From NCBI GenBank assembly GCA_029249225.1, contig JAQWHT010000114.1:32103-96102 (forward strand): a DNA stretch of 64,000 bases. The letters are read 5' to 3'. Of this stretch, positions 28,252 through 39,018 are shown in pieces. The notes under the pieces are model-generated. The model searched no databases, was not told the origin of the DNA, and saw only the letters and a list, made by a program, of their open reading frames with translations. Positions within the stretch are counted from its first letter, which is position 1. Every line of letters begins with the position of its first letter. The DNA is from Flavobacteriaceae bacterium (lineage in GTDB: Bacteria > Bacteroidota > Bacteroidia > Flavobacteriales > Flavobacteriaceae). The translations under genes and the position numbers were made by a program.

Positions 28252-29109
28252 TTGGAGCGCAACAAAGCCTACATTATTTTTAGTCAATTAAAAAGAGATT
28301 ATTATGGTCCATCTGAAATTGAATATATTTACTTGGTGAGAAAAGCACTTTTAATTTTATGGCGAATTTGGTTTTATATATTAGCTGCTGTACCTGTTAT
28401 TTTGTTGTTCCTCCCTCTGGCATTCATGCTACTTTTGCCTAACGGCTATCGTTACGTGTTCTGGGTTGCACGAAACTTATGGGCACCTATTGTGCTCTTT
28501 GGGTCTGGGTTTTGGATAAAAAAAACAAATTCTTTACCAAGGGTGGAGGAAAGTGCGATATTGATTGCAAATCACAGCAGTTTTATGGATATCATGCTGA
28601 TGTTTAGAATGCGTAAAACACCCTTTGTTTTTGTGGGTAAAAAAGAATTGGTTCAAATTCCTTTTTTTGGATATCTCTATAAGCGTGCTGCTATTATGGT
28701 AGACCGAAGCTCTATAAAAAGTCGTCAAGGAGTTTATCAAAGAGCACAAGAGGTAATTCAAAAGGGTTACAGCATCTGTATTTTCCCTGAAAAAGAATAC
28801 TTAGACGAAACCATTTTATTAAACTCTTTTAAAAAAGGGGCATTTAAGCTAGCTTTAGAACACGGGCTGCCAATTTTACCTTTGGTCTTTTTGGATTGTA
28901 AACGAAAATTTCCTTGGTATACCACCTACGGCTATCCGGGGAGTTTACGCGTAAAAGTGTTGGAGGTACTACAAGTCGAAGAAATACAGTCAAAGACAAT
29001 TGAAACACTACAGAAAGAGTCTTATTACCGAATCAAAAGTACACTGGAAAAGGATCCTAAAAAAAGAGCTCTAGAGGCTATAGATCTATGGAAAAAGAAA
29101 ACGGCATAG
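28252..29109 (+). CDS. 1-acyl-sn-glycerol-3-phosphate acyltransferase family protein
   Basis: NHSSFMD (Hx4D) and FPEKE motifs with N-terminal TM segments. The start is uncertain (TTG 28252 or TTG/GTG near 28333). Confidence 0.7.
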   Translation: MERNKAYIIFSQLKRDYYGPSEIEYIYLVRKALLILWRIWFYILAAVPVILLFLPLAFMLLLPNGYRYVFWVARNLWAPIVLFGSGFWIKKTNSLPRVEESAILIANHSSFMDIMLMFRMRKTPFVFVGKKELVQIPFFGYLYKRAAIMVDRSSIKSRQGVYQRAQEVIQKGYSICIFPEKEYLDETILLNSFKKGAFKLALEHGLPILPLVFLDCKRKFPWYTTYGYPGSLRVKVLEVLQVEEIQSKTIETLQKESYYRIKSTLEKDPKKRALEAIDLWKKKTA

Positions 29110-29110
29110 A

Positions 29111-30118
29111 TTATGAATTCACTGCCTTTAATGTATCCATAATCTTCTGTTCTAACTCTTCCATTAATTCTGGGTTGTCAAGGAGTAAGTTTTTTACTGC
29201 ATCACGTCCTTGTCCAATTTTGGTTTCTCCATAGCTAAACCATGAGCCACTTTTTTTGATGATTTCATAGTTAACACCCAAATCAATAATCTCCCCAATT
29301 TTAGAAATCCCTTCTCCATACATGATATCGAATTCTGTAGTTCTGAAGGGTGGAGCAACTTTATTTTTAACAACTTTGACTCGTGTTTTATTTCCTAAAA
29401 CTTCAGACTCTGAGCTCTTAATCTGTGTTGATCTGCGAATATCTAATCGTACAGATGCATAAAACTTTAAGGCGTTTCCTCCTGTGGTAGTTTCTGGATT
29501 TCCAAACATGACCCCAATCTTTTCTCTGAGCTGGTTGATGAAGAAAACGGTACAATTTGTTTTACTTATTGAGGCTGTAAGTTTTCGAAGGGCTTGCGAC
29601 ATCAAACGGGCGTGAAGACCCATTTTGGAATCTCCCATTTCACCCTCAATTTCACTTTTCGGAGTGAGAGCAGCAACCGAGTCAATGACAACAATATCGA
29701 TAGCTCCAGACCGAATAAGGTTATCAGCGATCTCTAAAGCTTGTTCTCCGTGATCAGGCTGGGAAATGATCAATTCGCCAACGTCAACGCCCAATTTTTC
29801 AGCATAAAAGCGGTCAAAAGCGTGCTCTGCATCTATAAAAGCAGCGATTCCTCCCTGTTTTTGGCATTCTGCTATGGCGTGTAACGTGAGGGTCGTTTTA
29901 CCGGATGATTCTGGACCGTAAATTTCAATTACACGACCACGTGGGTATCCTCCAACCCCCAAGGCGATATCCAATCCAATAGATCCTGAGGGAATAGCCT
30001 CGACTTCTTCTATAGCTTCATCTCCAAGTTTCATAACGGAGCCTTTGCCGTAGGTTTTATCTAACTTATCAAGAGTAAGTTGAAGTGCTTTTTGTTTTGC
30101 ATTTTTTTGATCTGCCAT
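29111..30118 (-). CDS. recA: recombinase RecA
   Basis: GPESSGKTT Walker A and full-length RecA similarity. The start is moved to ATG 30118 ([12 protein letters not shown]), removing a 36-aa spurious extension. Confidence 0.95.
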   Translation of the reverse strand: MADQKNAKQKALQLTLDKLDKTYGKGSVMKLGDEAIEEVEAIPSGSIGLDIALGVGGYPRGRVIEIYGPESSGKTTLTLHAIAECQKQGGIAAFIDAEHAFDRFYAEKLGVDVGELIISQPDHGEQALEIADNLIRSGAIDIVVIDSVAALTPKSEIEGEMGDSKMGLHARLMSQALRKLTASISKTNCTVFFINQLREKIGVMFGNPETTTGGNALKFYASVRLDIRRSTQIKSSESEVLGNKTRVKVVKNKVAPPFRTTEFDIMYGEGISKIGEIIDLGVNYEIIKKSGSWFSYGETKIGQGRDAVKNLLLDNPELMEELEQKIMDTLKAVNS

Positions 30119-30224
30119 AACACGGTTTTTGGCTAAATTACTGTTTCTTCTTTTGGCTTCCAAGAGGGAAATCACTGCATTATTAACAATTTTTCGTAAG
30201 TTTAAAAATATATATTTACGCAGC

Positions 30225-31544
30225 ATGAAAAATTATCTAGTACTCCTTTGTTTGGTTTCTTCCACTCTTTTTAGTCAGCATATCTTACCCTTAAGAGAAC
30301 GTGCTCAGCTGATTGATGAAATTCAAAAAGAACGAATTGAACAATTACTTCCCCGCTTAATGCAAGAAGAGAATATAGATCTGTGGGTACTTATCACTCG
30401 AGAGTATAATGAAGATCCAGTAGTCAAGACGCTTTTGCCTCCAACCTGGCTTAATGCAAGACGTCGTACTATCTTAGTCTTTTCTAAAACCAAAGAGGGG
30501 GTGGATGCAGTAGCAATAACACGGTATAATTTTGGTAAGAATATTCGCTCAATATGGAATAAAGAAGAAGAGCCAGACCAGTGGAAAGCTTTAGGGAATT
30601 ATATTAAAAGTCAAAACCCTCAACGTATTGGAGTGAATATTTCTGAACACTACGGTCTGGCTGACGGCTTAGTAAAAACCGATTATGACGGCATGATGAA
30701 AGCCCTCCCCAGCAGTTTGCACAATAGAGTGGTTTCTGCAGAGACTCTCGCAGTTCGCTGGATTGAAACACGTACACCACGAGAAATGATTTTATTTAAT
30801 CAGTTGGTAGAAATTACACATAATATCATTTCAGAAGCTTTTTCCACTGTCGTGATTACTCCAGGAGTGACAACCACAGAGGATGTTGTCTGGTGGATGC
30901 GTGAAAAAGTCTTAGCCTTAGGGCTGAAAACATGGTTTCATCCAACAGTTGATGTCCAAAGAACAGGCAATAGTGACTTGTACGCTTTTGACGGAAAATC
31001 AAAGTTTGATGTTATCCTTCCTGGAGACCTTGTACATTGCGATTTTGGAATAACTTACCTTACTTTGAATACTGATTGCCAAGAGCTGGCTTATGTGTTA
31101 AAGCCCGAGGAGACGGATGCTCCTGAATTTCTAAAAAAGGCTTTAATTCAAGGAAATGCAGTTCAGGATCATTTGACAGATAATTTTAAAACCGGCAGAA
31201 GTGGAAATGAAACTTTGCAAATGGCAATAGCAGCGAGTAAAGAAGCTGGACTTCGACCACAGATTTATACACACCCCTTAGGGCTGTATGGACATTCAGC
31301 AGGGACAACCTTTGGAATGTGGGACGCCCAAGAGGGAATACCCGGCTCTGGAGAACACCCTTTGTTTGAAAATACAGTTTATGCTATAGAACTTAACGCC
31401 AAAGTTTTTGTCAGTGAGTGGGATAAAGATGTCCGTATTATGTTAGAAGAAGCAGGGTACTATGGTCCTGAAGGGTTTAGATACGTAAACGGTCGTCAGA
31501 CTGAACTCATGTTGATTGGAGACAAAACACCCCATTTAGAGTAG
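30225..31544 (+). CDS. M24 family (Xaa-Pro aminopeptidase/creatinase-like) metallopeptidase, secreted
   Basis: Signal peptide starting at ATG 30225 ([13 protein letters not shown]). The pita-bread-like C-terminal half has DFG...H...E residues. The track's 32-aa N-terminal extension overlaps the recA promoter region and is rejected. Confidence 0.55.
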   Translation: MKNYLVLLCLVSSTLFSQHILPLRERAQLIDEIQKERIEQLLPRLMQEENIDLWVLITREYNEDPVVKTLLPPTWLNARRRTILVFSKTKEGVDAVAITRYNFGKNIRSIWNKEEEPDQWKALGNYIKSQNPQRIGVNISEHYGLADGLVKTDYDGMMKALPSSLHNRVVSAETLAVRWIETRTPREMILFNQLVEITHNIISEAFSTVVITPGVTTTEDVVWWMREKVLALGLKTWFHPTVDVQRTGNSDLYAFDGKSKFDVILPGDLVHCDFGITYLTLNTDCQELAYVLKPEETDAPEFLKKALIQGNAVQDHLTDNFKTGRSGNETLQMAIAASKEAGLRPQIYTHPLGLYGHSAGTTFGMWDAQEGIPGSGEHPLFENTVYAIELNAKVFVSEWDKDVRIMLEEAGYYGPEGFRYVNGRQTELMLIGDKTPHLE

Positions 31545-31600
31545 TCTTAGATCAAAATTTTATTCGAAAACAAAGGATGTTATGGCATTATTTTTGGTAA

Positions 31601-32371
31601 ATGATATTTTATCTAAAAATCAGACCCTTGTTCAACCGTATCTTTTTTTTAAATTTCGTTTTGCTCTTAGGACTTTCAGCTCTTGGATGTGCAAAAGAGG
31701 ATCTCTCAAAAGACCTTGATTACCCCAACACTATCATTGGGCATTGGGATATAGATGGTGGAGGGAGACTGTATTTTGATGAAAAAAAATTCTCAGCTAC
31801 TGCTGGTTGCAATACTCTTTTTGGATCGGTTATAATAGAGCAAGAAACAGTATCGTTTTCTTTTATTGCTACTACGCTTATTGGCTGTCCTGAGCCTGAA
31901 CGAACCAGAGAAGAAGAGCTGTCAATTCTCTTTGACTCGGCAACCCTCAGCTATAAAATTGAAAACAATCAAGCCTTCTTAGAAAATTCAGAGGGGCAAA
32001 AAGTACTCACCCTAACCCGACCTGTGAATGTCCAATTAGTCAATGCTTGGGAATTACAGTCCATAAAAACGGAGAATGGGATTTCTTCTTCCAATACAGA
32101 CATAGATACAGGAATAACCTTTGCAGCAGATGGAACGGTAAGTGTACAAACCGCTTGTAACAGCGGCATGGGAACCTACTCTGTAAACGAACAATCTTTA
32201 AACCTAAATGATCTTGCTTTTACTGAAATGGGTTGTGAGCAAGAATTTATGACCCGCGAAGAAGAATTCACCCAAGCCTTGATTCAAGTAAACGGATATT
32301 CTGTACTCCGTAAAGCCCTGAGCCTAGAAAAAGATGGTGCCGTGTATCTAACCTTTCAACTCAAAGAATAA
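31601..32371 (+). CDS. lipoprotein with tandem META (HslJ-like) domains
   Basis: Lipobox LGCAKE. Two repeats have the pattern W.L......(G).....F......G..GCN...G.Y. Confidence 0.55.
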   Translation: MIFYLKIRPLFNRIFFLNFVLLLGLSALGCAKEDLSKDLDYPNTIIGHWDIDGGGRLYFDEKKFSATAGCNTLFGSVIIEQETVSFSFIATTLIGCPEPERTREEELSILFDSATLSYKIENNQAFLENSEGQKVLTLTRPVNVQLVNAWELQSIKTENGISSSNTDIDTGITFAADGTVSVQTACNSGMGTYSVNEQSLNLNDLAFTEMGCEQEFMTREEEFTQALIQVNGYSVLRKALSLEKDGAVYLTFQLKE

Positions 32372-32438
32372 ACTTTTTTGTTTTTTTTGTAATTTGGTTT
32401 CATAGCACAACCCGTATATTCTAGATCTTTATTTTATT

Positions 32439-33152
32439 ATGAAAATTACTTTTTTAGGACACGCTACCATCCTTTTAGAAATGAATGGAAAAAAGATTTT
32501 GTTTGATCCTTTTATTTCAGGAAACCCATTGGCCTCTGAAGTTGATATTCAAGGCTTAAAAGTTGATTATATTTTTGTCACTCACGGGCATGAAGACCAT
32601 GTATTAGATGTTGAAACAATTGCAAAGAATAATCCTGATAGCTTATTGGTGTCAAATTTTGAAATTGTCACTTGGTTTGGAGAAAAAAATATCAAAGGAC
32701 ATCCAATGAATCACGGGGGTAAATATAAGTTTGATTTCGGTACTGTAAAATATGTAAATGCAATTCATTCAAGCGTATTGCCTGACGGAACCTACGGAGG
32801 TAATCCTGGGGGCTATGTAATTTATGACGAATCAAATGCCGTTTATATTGCTGGAGATACAGCTTTAACAAGGGATATGGAGCTTATTCCCATGTCCTGC
32901 CCATCACTAGATGTTTCAATTTTACCCATAGGAGATAATTTTACTATGGGACATAAAGACGCTTTTATCGCAAGTGAACTTATTAATTGTAAAAAAGTAA
33001 TAGGGTACCACTTTGATACGTTTCCCCCAATAAAAATTGACAAAGCAGAAGCACTAGAATATTTTAATAAGAAAGAAAAAGAATTAATATTACCCACTGT
33101 AGGAGAATCTTTTACAATCGGAAAGAATTTCCATGAACATGAAGAAGACTAA
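32439..33152 (+). CDS. metal-dependent hydrolase, MBL fold (UPF0173-like)
   Basis: THGHEDH motif, 237 aa. Confidence 0.75.
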   Translation: MKITFLGHATILLEMNGKKILFDPFISGNPLASEVDIQGLKVDYIFVTHGHEDHVLDVETIAKNNPDSLLVSNFEIVTWFGEKNIKGHPMNHGGKYKFDFGTVKYVNAIHSSVLPDGTYGGNPGGYVIYDESNAVYIAGDTALTRDMELIPMSCPSLDVSILPIGDNFTMGHKDAFIASELINCKKVIGYHFDTFPPIKIDKAEALEYFNKKEKELILPTVGESFTIGKNFHEHEED

Positions 33153-33235
33153 CACAAAAGACCTAAAAAAAGATTCAAGATCAATTTTGGACAAAAAATC
33201 AAGGGCATATAAAGAGTTAAACCTCTATCAGAAAA

Positions 33236-33799
33236 ATGGAAAATAAGAACTATTTATTTAAGTCTGAGCGCCTCGGTTTCAGAAATTGGGAACAAGCTGA
33301 TTTGGAGGAATTTGTAAAACTGAATGCTGATGAAAAGGTTATGGAACATTTCCCGAAAACACTTTCGCTTGATGAAGTCAGAAAATTAGTTGAAAAGCTT
33401 AAGAATCAGTTTGAGACCTTTAGATTTACGTACTATGTAACAGAAGTTTTGGCAACTAATGAATTTATTGGCATGATAGGAATGGCTTATCAAGTGTTTC
33501 CATCTGCATATACTCCTGCAGTGGATATTGGGTGGCGATTAAAAAGAAGTGCTTGGGGTAAAGGCTATGCAACAGAAGGTGCTAAAAGATGTCTAAACCA
33601 TGGGTTTAGCAAATTTGACATGGACAGAATAATATCCATTTGTACCCTAAAGAACACCAAATCTGAAAACGTAATGAAGAAAATAGGAATGACAAAAATA
33701 GGAGAGTTTAATTATCCTGATATGAAACAAAACCCTGAATATGAAGCACATTTTTGTTATGAGATCAGTAGAAATTCATTTTCAGCGAATATCATTTAG
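33236..33799 (+). CDS. GNAT family N-acetyltransferase (RimJ/RimL-like)
   Basis: Acetyl-CoA pocket W.KGYATEGAKR. Size and layout are typical of the family. Confidence 0.7.
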   Translation: MENKNYLFKSERLGFRNWEQADLEEFVKLNADEKVMEHFPKTLSLDEVRKLVEKLKNQFETFRFTYYVTEVLATNEFIGMIGMAYQVFPSAYTPAVDIGWRLKRSAWGKGYATEGAKRCLNHGFSKFDMDRIISICTLKNTKSENVMKKIGMTKIGEFNYPDMKQNPEYEAHFCYEISRNSFSANII

Positions 33800-33927
33800 G
33801 TAGAACTCGTTCTATAAAAATTGCATCCGGCATTCATATCTAAGTTGGAAAGAAAAGGAGACCTAAGAAATCGATACTGATTCGCACAGCCATTAAATGG
33901 GATATGAATTAAAAATAACGAATTTCT

Positions 33928-33935
33928 TACCTTTG
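33928..33935 (+). promoter_or_regulatory. Bacteroidota -7 box (TACCTTTG) upstream of trhO
   Basis: Perfect TAnnTTTG 22 nt upstream of ATG 33958. Confidence 0.45.
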
Positions 33936-33957
33936 TATCACACTTAAAGTTTATAGC

Positions 33958-34989
33958 ATGCAACTGTACAACAAATTAAGTGCGAAAGAGCGCGCACAGC
34001 TAATCGAAGAAGCTGGTGAGGACCGGCTTACGCTCTCCTTTTATCAATACGCCCAAATTGGAAATCCTCAGTTGTTTCGAGACTATTTGTTTATCCACTG
34101 GCACCCATTGGAAGTTCTTGGTCGAATCTACGTAGCAAAAGAAGGAATCAACGCCCAATTGTCCGTTCCAGCAAGAAACTTTGGCTTGTTTAAGGCTCAG
34201 ATTGATAGTGTGAGTTTTTTAGAAAACGTCCGATTGAATATTGCAGTATAACAAGACAATAAGTCTTTTTTAAAATTGACGATCAAAGTCCGTGATAAAA
34301 TAGTAGCAGACGGTTTAGTAGATAGCAGCTTTGATGTAACTCAAAAAGGAAAGCATGTCAATGCACTAGAATTCAACAATTTACTAGATAATGAGAACAC
34401 CATTTGTGTAGATATGCGAAATCATTACGAAAGTGAAATAGGGCATTTTCAAAATGCCATTACTCCCGATGTAGATACGTTTAGAGAATCTTTACCGATC
34501 ATAGAAGAAGATTTGTCAGAACACAAAAAAGAAAAGAACCTTTTGATGTATTGTACAGGAGGAATACGTTGTGAAAAGGCAAGCGCATATTTTAAACACA
34601 AGGGATTTCAAAATGTATATCAATTGGAGGGCGGAATTATTGAATACGCACGTCAGGTCAAAACTTTAGGAATAGAAAACAAATTTATCGGGAAAAATTT
34701 TGTGTTTGATGAACGTCGTGGAGAGCGAATTTCAGATGAGGTTATTGCCCAGTGTCATCAGTGTGGAGCGCCATGTGATACACATGTGAATTGTATTAAT
34801 GAAGCATGTCATTTATTATTTATTCAATGTAAAGCCTGCCAAGAAAAAATGGATCAATGTTGTTCTACGGATTGTCAGGAAATTTTAGCTTTACCCTTGG
34901 AACAGCAGCGAGAGCTTAGAAAGGGGACACATAATAGCAATAAAATTTTTAAAAAAGGACGCTCTGAAGTCTTAAAATTTAAACAGTAA
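33958..34989 (+). pseudogene. trhO: tRNA uridine(34) hydroxylase TrhO (YceA/UPF0176 rhodanese) interrupted by one in-frame TAA
   Basis: ORFs 33958..34251 and 34276..34989 are in the same frame. Read-through gives ...[29 protein letters not shown], which is collinear with E. coli YceA ...[30 protein letters not shown]. The TAA at 34249-34251 replaces an acidic residue. Confidence 0.85.
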
Positions 34990-35051
34990 TTTAAGATTTA
35001 TACTTGAGTGATTCGTTGAAATCCCTGTATCTTTAAAGTCAAAATTAATTC

Positions 35052-36212
35052 ATGAGTTGTACCAGTTGTGCTAGTGGAAGTAATGGCACCCCAAGGGGCT
35101 GTAAAAGCAATGGTAACTGTGGAAGCGATAGCTGTAATAAACTTACGGTATTTGACTGGTTGGAAAACATGAAATTGGCAGAGGGGGAACAAACAAGTCC
35201 TTTTGTTGAAGTCCGTTTTAAAAATAGCAGAAAAGAATTTTACCGATTTCCTGAAGAACTTACCCCTCAGGCTGGGGCTTTGGTAATCACCAAAACGGAA
35301 TCTGGCTATGATTTGGGCCGTGTCACTCTTGCAGGGCCCTTAGTTGGGATGCAAATGAAGCGCAAAAAAATCAAAGATTCAAGCGATAAAATTGGGAGTA
35401 TAATCCGATTTGCAAATACCCAAGAAATTGACAAATGGCATTCCTTGCGTACAAAAGAGATTGAAGTTCAGAAGGAGGCTAGAAAATTAGCGATTGCTTT
35501 GGCTTTGGACATGAAAATTTCGGATGTGGAATACCAAGCAGATGGAAAAAAAGCTACGTTTTATTATACCGCAGACAAGCGGGTAGATTTTCGCCAATTG
35601 ATCAAAGACATGGCGCATGCTTTTTCCATCCGTATTGAAATGCGACAAATTGGACTACGAATGGAAGCTTCACGCTTGGGCGGAATTGGCTCTTGCGGTC
35701 GTGAATTGTGTTGCTCAACTTGGCTTACAGACTTTCGTTCTGTCGCTTCTGGAGCAGCACGCTACCAACAACTCTCTTTAAACCCACAAAAATTATCCGG
35801 CCAATGTGGACGACTCAAATGTTGCCTTAACTATGAATTGGATGCCTATCGAAATGAAATTAAAAAGTTTCCTCGTCCAGGAGTTAAATTAAAAACAGAA
35901 AAAGGAATTGGTGTTTTCCAAAAGATGGATATTTTTAAAGGAGTAATCTGGTATGCCTACAAAAACGAGTGGATGACTTGGCACAAACTTCCCTTAAATG
36001 CAGTTCAAGAAATTATTAACAAAAATAAATCCAAAACACTGGTCTACTCCTTAGAAGATTATGTTGAGAATACTGCAGATGACAATAAAAGCCACTTGGA
36101 TAAAGGGGCTGGGGAAGATAGTCTGACTCGATTTGATCAGCCAAAAAGAAAAGCATCTCAAAGAAGAAAAAAGAAAAAAAAATATCAGCATGGTCCTAAT
36201 AAAAAAGTTTAG
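35052..36212 (+). CDS. PSP1/RicT-like Cys-rich protein
   Basis: PSP1 C-terminal-domain-like core (RIEMRQIG...GGIGSCGRELCCSTWL...GQCGRLKCCLNYE) with a lysine-rich tail. Confidence 0.75.
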   Translation: MSCTSCASGSNGTPRGCKSNGNCGSDSCNKLTVFDWLENMKLAEGEQTSPFVEVRFKNSRKEFYRFPEELTPQAGALVITKTESGYDLGRVTLAGPLVGMQMKRKKIKDSSDKIGSIIRFANTQEIDKWHSLRTKEIEVQKEARKLAIALALDMKISDVEYQADGKKATFYYTADKRVDFRQLIKDMAHAFSIRIEMRQIGLRMEASRLGGIGSCGRELCCSTWLTDFRSVASGAARYQQLSLNPQKLSGQCGRLKCCLNYELDAYRNEIKKFPRPGVKLKTEKGIGVFQKMDIFKGVIWYAYKNEWMTWHKLPLNAVQEIINKNKSKTLVYSLEDYVENTADDNKSHLDKGAGEDSLTRFDQPKRKASQRRKKKKKYQHGPNKKV

Positions 36213-36690
36213 TTTCACATTCATACTGTTTCTACTGCTAGGACTAAACTGCTGCACCAAACAGGCTAGTTTCACTTCTTATCGTTCGCTAGGATCAGAA
36301 GGGATGAGTGCGAAACCCTATGTGTTTGAGCTCAACGATTTGTCAATTGACAACACACCTCAAAATCTTTTTATTCGTTTACGGAATGACAATTCTTACC
36401 CCTTCACAAATATTTTTTTGATTTGTACTTTAAAATCAGGTGAGAATATAGTTCTCGAAGATACGCTCGAGTACACCATGGCAGCTCCAGACGGTTCATG
36501 GTTAGGAAAGGGCTTTACTGAAGTAAAAGAGAGTAAATTATGGTGGAAAGAAGGTGTAGTTTTTCCTAGGGAAAAACCGGTTGTTGTAGAAATTAGCCAA
36601 GCTATGCGAAACAATGGGAGTGCTGAGGGTGTTTCTTCACTCAAGGGGATTGTCTCAGTAGGATTAAGTATTGAAGCTCAAAATCAATAA
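36190..36690 (+). CDS. gldH: gliding motility lipoprotein GldH
   Basis: Lipobox LGLNCCT, about 166 aa, motif RLRNDNSYPFTNIFL, and the conserved position between the PSP1 gene and PBP1A. ATG 36190 is preferred over track start 36133. Confidence 0.75.
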   Translation: MVLIKKFSFTFILFLLLGLNCCTKQASFTSYRSLGSEGMSAKPYVFELNDLSIDNTPQNLFIRLRNDNSYPFTNIFLICTLKSGENIVLEDTLEYTMAAPDGSWLGKGFTEVKESKLWWKEGVVFPREKPVVVEISQAMRNNGSAEGVSSLKGIVSVGLSIEAQNQ

Positions 36691-36692
36691 CT

Positions 36693-39014
36693 ATGGGAAA
36701 AACAAAAAAAACAAAAAAACAGCCGTTTAAAAAATACATCCAATGGATGTGGCGTTTATTTTTTATTGGGCTAGTTGGCTTCGGACTTCTTTTTGGAGGG
36801 GCTGCACTTGAATGGTATGGTCCTATGCCAGATCTTCAACAATTGGAAAATCCACGAACCAATTTAGCAACCCAAATCATCTCTTCAGATGGAATAATTT
36901 TAGGGAAATACTATTTAGATGACAATAGAACACCAATTACTTACGAAGAGCTCCCACAAAATATGGTTAAGGCACTTATAGCTACAGAAGACGAGCGTTT
37001 TTATGAACACGCTGGGATTGATTGGAAAGGAACCTTAAGGGCTTTTGCGTATCTAGGAAAACGCGGAGGAGCTAGTACCATTAGCCAACAATTGGCTCGG
37101 CAGATTTTTGTAGGAGTTCGATCTAGGAATAAAGTTAAAGCTGTCCTGCAAAAGGCCCAAGAATGGGTAATAGCCGTTCAGTTAGAACAACGGTATACCA
37201 AAAATGAAATTCTTTCCTTGTATTTAAACAAGTACGACTTTGGATACCAAGCCGATGGTGTTCGTTCAGCAGCAAAAATCTTTTTTAACAAAACCCCACA
37301 GACTTTGAGTCTAGAAGAATCTGCTACTTTGGTTGGGATGCTTAAAAACTCGTCACTCTATAATCCGATAAGAAGAAAGGAGCTGGTAAAAGAACGTCGC
37401 AATATAGTATTTCAACAGATGGTTCGAAATGAGTTGATTACCGAAGAAGAAAAAGATTCTCTTTCTCAACTTCCAATTACAATTACCTACACACCAGAAT
37501 CCCATCGAGAGGGTTTAGCGACCTACTTTAGGGCGTATCTTAAAGAATTTATGGACGACTGGATTGCGAATAATCCTAAGCCTGACGGGACCAAACATTC
37601 TCTTTATCGAGATGGATTGCGGATTTTTACAACTATCGATTCGCGAATGCAAGCAAAGGGAGAAGCAGCCGTTGAAGCGCATATGAAAAATTTACAAAAA
37701 GAATTTTTTAAACAAAACACAAGAAGAGCGAATCCTACAGCTCCCTTTTTAGATCTTCGGGAAGGGGAGATTGATACTCTTTTGGAACGAACTGCATACA
37801 GGACAGAGCGTTGGAGAAAAATGAGATTAGCAGGCATTGGTAAGGAAGATATTTTGGCTTCTTTTTATGAAAAAGTCCCTATGCGAGTTTTTAGCTGGAA
37901 AGGGGAACGAGACACAATCATGACTCCAATGGACTCCATTCGATATTATAAACATTTTCTGAGAGCTTCACTAATGTCTATGGAGCCTCAGTCAGGACAT
38001 ATAAAAACATGGGTGGGAGGATTTAATTATAAACACTTTCAATACGATCAAGTAAAACAAGGAAGGCGACAAATTGGTTCCACGTTCAAGCCGTTTTTGT
38101 ACGCTACTGCCATAGATCAACTGAAGCTTTCGCCTTGTGATTCACTTCCTGATGCCTTGTTTTGTATTGAACCAATGAAACACGGCAATATTGATGCTTG
38201 GTGTCCAAAGAATTCAGGGGATAAGTATGGAAGGACACGAACTTTAAAAAATGCTCTTGCCAATTCTGTCAACACGGTTAGCGCCAGAATTATGGATTTA
38301 GTAGGCCCTCGACCAGTAATCAACCTAGCGCGTAAAATGGGAATTACTTCGAATTTACCCGCTGTACCTTCTATTGCTCTTGGGACCCCTGACATTAGTC
38401 TTTTTGAGATGGTAGGGGCATACAGTACCTTCGCTAATCAAGGGATTTATGTAAAACCTGTTGTTATCACGCGTATAGAGGATAAAAACGGGAGGGCACT
38501 TTATGAGGTAGTCCCTGAAACTCAAGATGTTTTAAGTCATGAGGCGGCCTATGTTACAGTTAATCTTCTCCAAGGTGTAACTAAAGCAGGATCAGGCGCA
38601 AGACTACGCCATGCAGGTTTGGAAAAAACAAGTTATGTCTATCAAAATGTCATTACAGGATATCCCTATATTTTTGAAAATCCAATAGCTGGAAAAACAG
38701 GAACCACTCAAAATCAGAGTGATGGATGGTTTATGGGGATGGTGCCCAATTTAGCTACAGGAGTTTGGGTAGGAGGTGAAGACCGATCAGTTCACTTTAA
38801 AGACATTGCTTTTGGCCAAGGTGCCACGATGGCCTTACCGATATGGGCAGGGTATATGAAAGAATTATATCAAGATTCTGACTTGAGAATTTCTACGGAA
38901 AATTTTCTAGGACCAGAAAACTTATCAATTCCAATTGAATGTGAAGAGTTAGACGAAGATGGTGCCGTTGTTAAAACGAAACCCAAGGCCGATTTAGATG
39001 CTTTAGGATTCTAA
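36693..39014 (+). CDS. mrcA: penicillin-binding protein 1A (bifunctional glycosyltransferase/transpeptidase)
   Basis: GT51 motifs EDERFYEHAGID and GGASTISQQLAR. Transpeptidase motifs STFKP, SVN and KTGTT. Confidence 0.9.
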   Translation: MGKTKKTKKQPFKKYIQWMWRLFFIGLVGFGLLFGGAALEWYGPMPDLQQLENPRTNLATQIISSDGIILGKYYLDDNRTPITYEELPQNMVKALIATEDERFYEHAGIDWKGTLRAFAYLGKRGGASTISQQLARQIFVGVRSRNKVKAVLQKAQEWVIAVQLEQRYTKNEILSLYLNKYDFGYQADGVRSAAKIFFNKTPQTLSLEESATLVGMLKNSSLYNPIRRKELVKERRNIVFQQMVRNELITEEEKDSLSQLPITITYTPESHREGLATYFRAYLKEFMDDWIANNPKPDGTKHSLYRDGLRIFTTIDSRMQAKGEAAVEAHMKNLQKEFFKQNTRRANPTAPFLDLREGEIDTLLERTAYRTERWRKMRLAGIGKEDILASFYEKVPMRVFSWKGERDTIMTPMDSIRYYKHFLRASLMSMEPQSGHIKTWVGGFNYKHFQYDQVKQGRRQIGSTFKPFLYATAIDQLKLSPCDSLPDALFCIEPMKHGNIDAWCPKNSGDKYGRTRTLKNALANSVNTVSARIMDLVGPRPVINLARKMGITSNLPAVPSIALGTPDISLFEMVGAYSTFANQGIYVKPVVITRIEDKNGRALYEVVPETQDVLSHEAAYVTVNLLQGVTKAGSGARLRHAGLEKTSYVYQNVITGYPYIFENPIAGKTGTTQNQSDGWFMGMVPNLATGVWVGGEDRSVHFKDIAFGQGATMALPIWAGYMKELYQDSDLRISTENFLGPENLSIPIECEELDEDGAVVKTKPKADLDALGF

Positions 39015-39018
39015 AGGG

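Noticed and set aside
30119-30226. Long N-terminal extensions of recA (to 30226) and of the M24 peptidase (from 30129).
   Set aside because: RecA homology begins at [12 protein letters not shown] (ATG 30118). The peptidase has a typical signal peptide starting at ATG 30225. The extensions overlap each other antisense.
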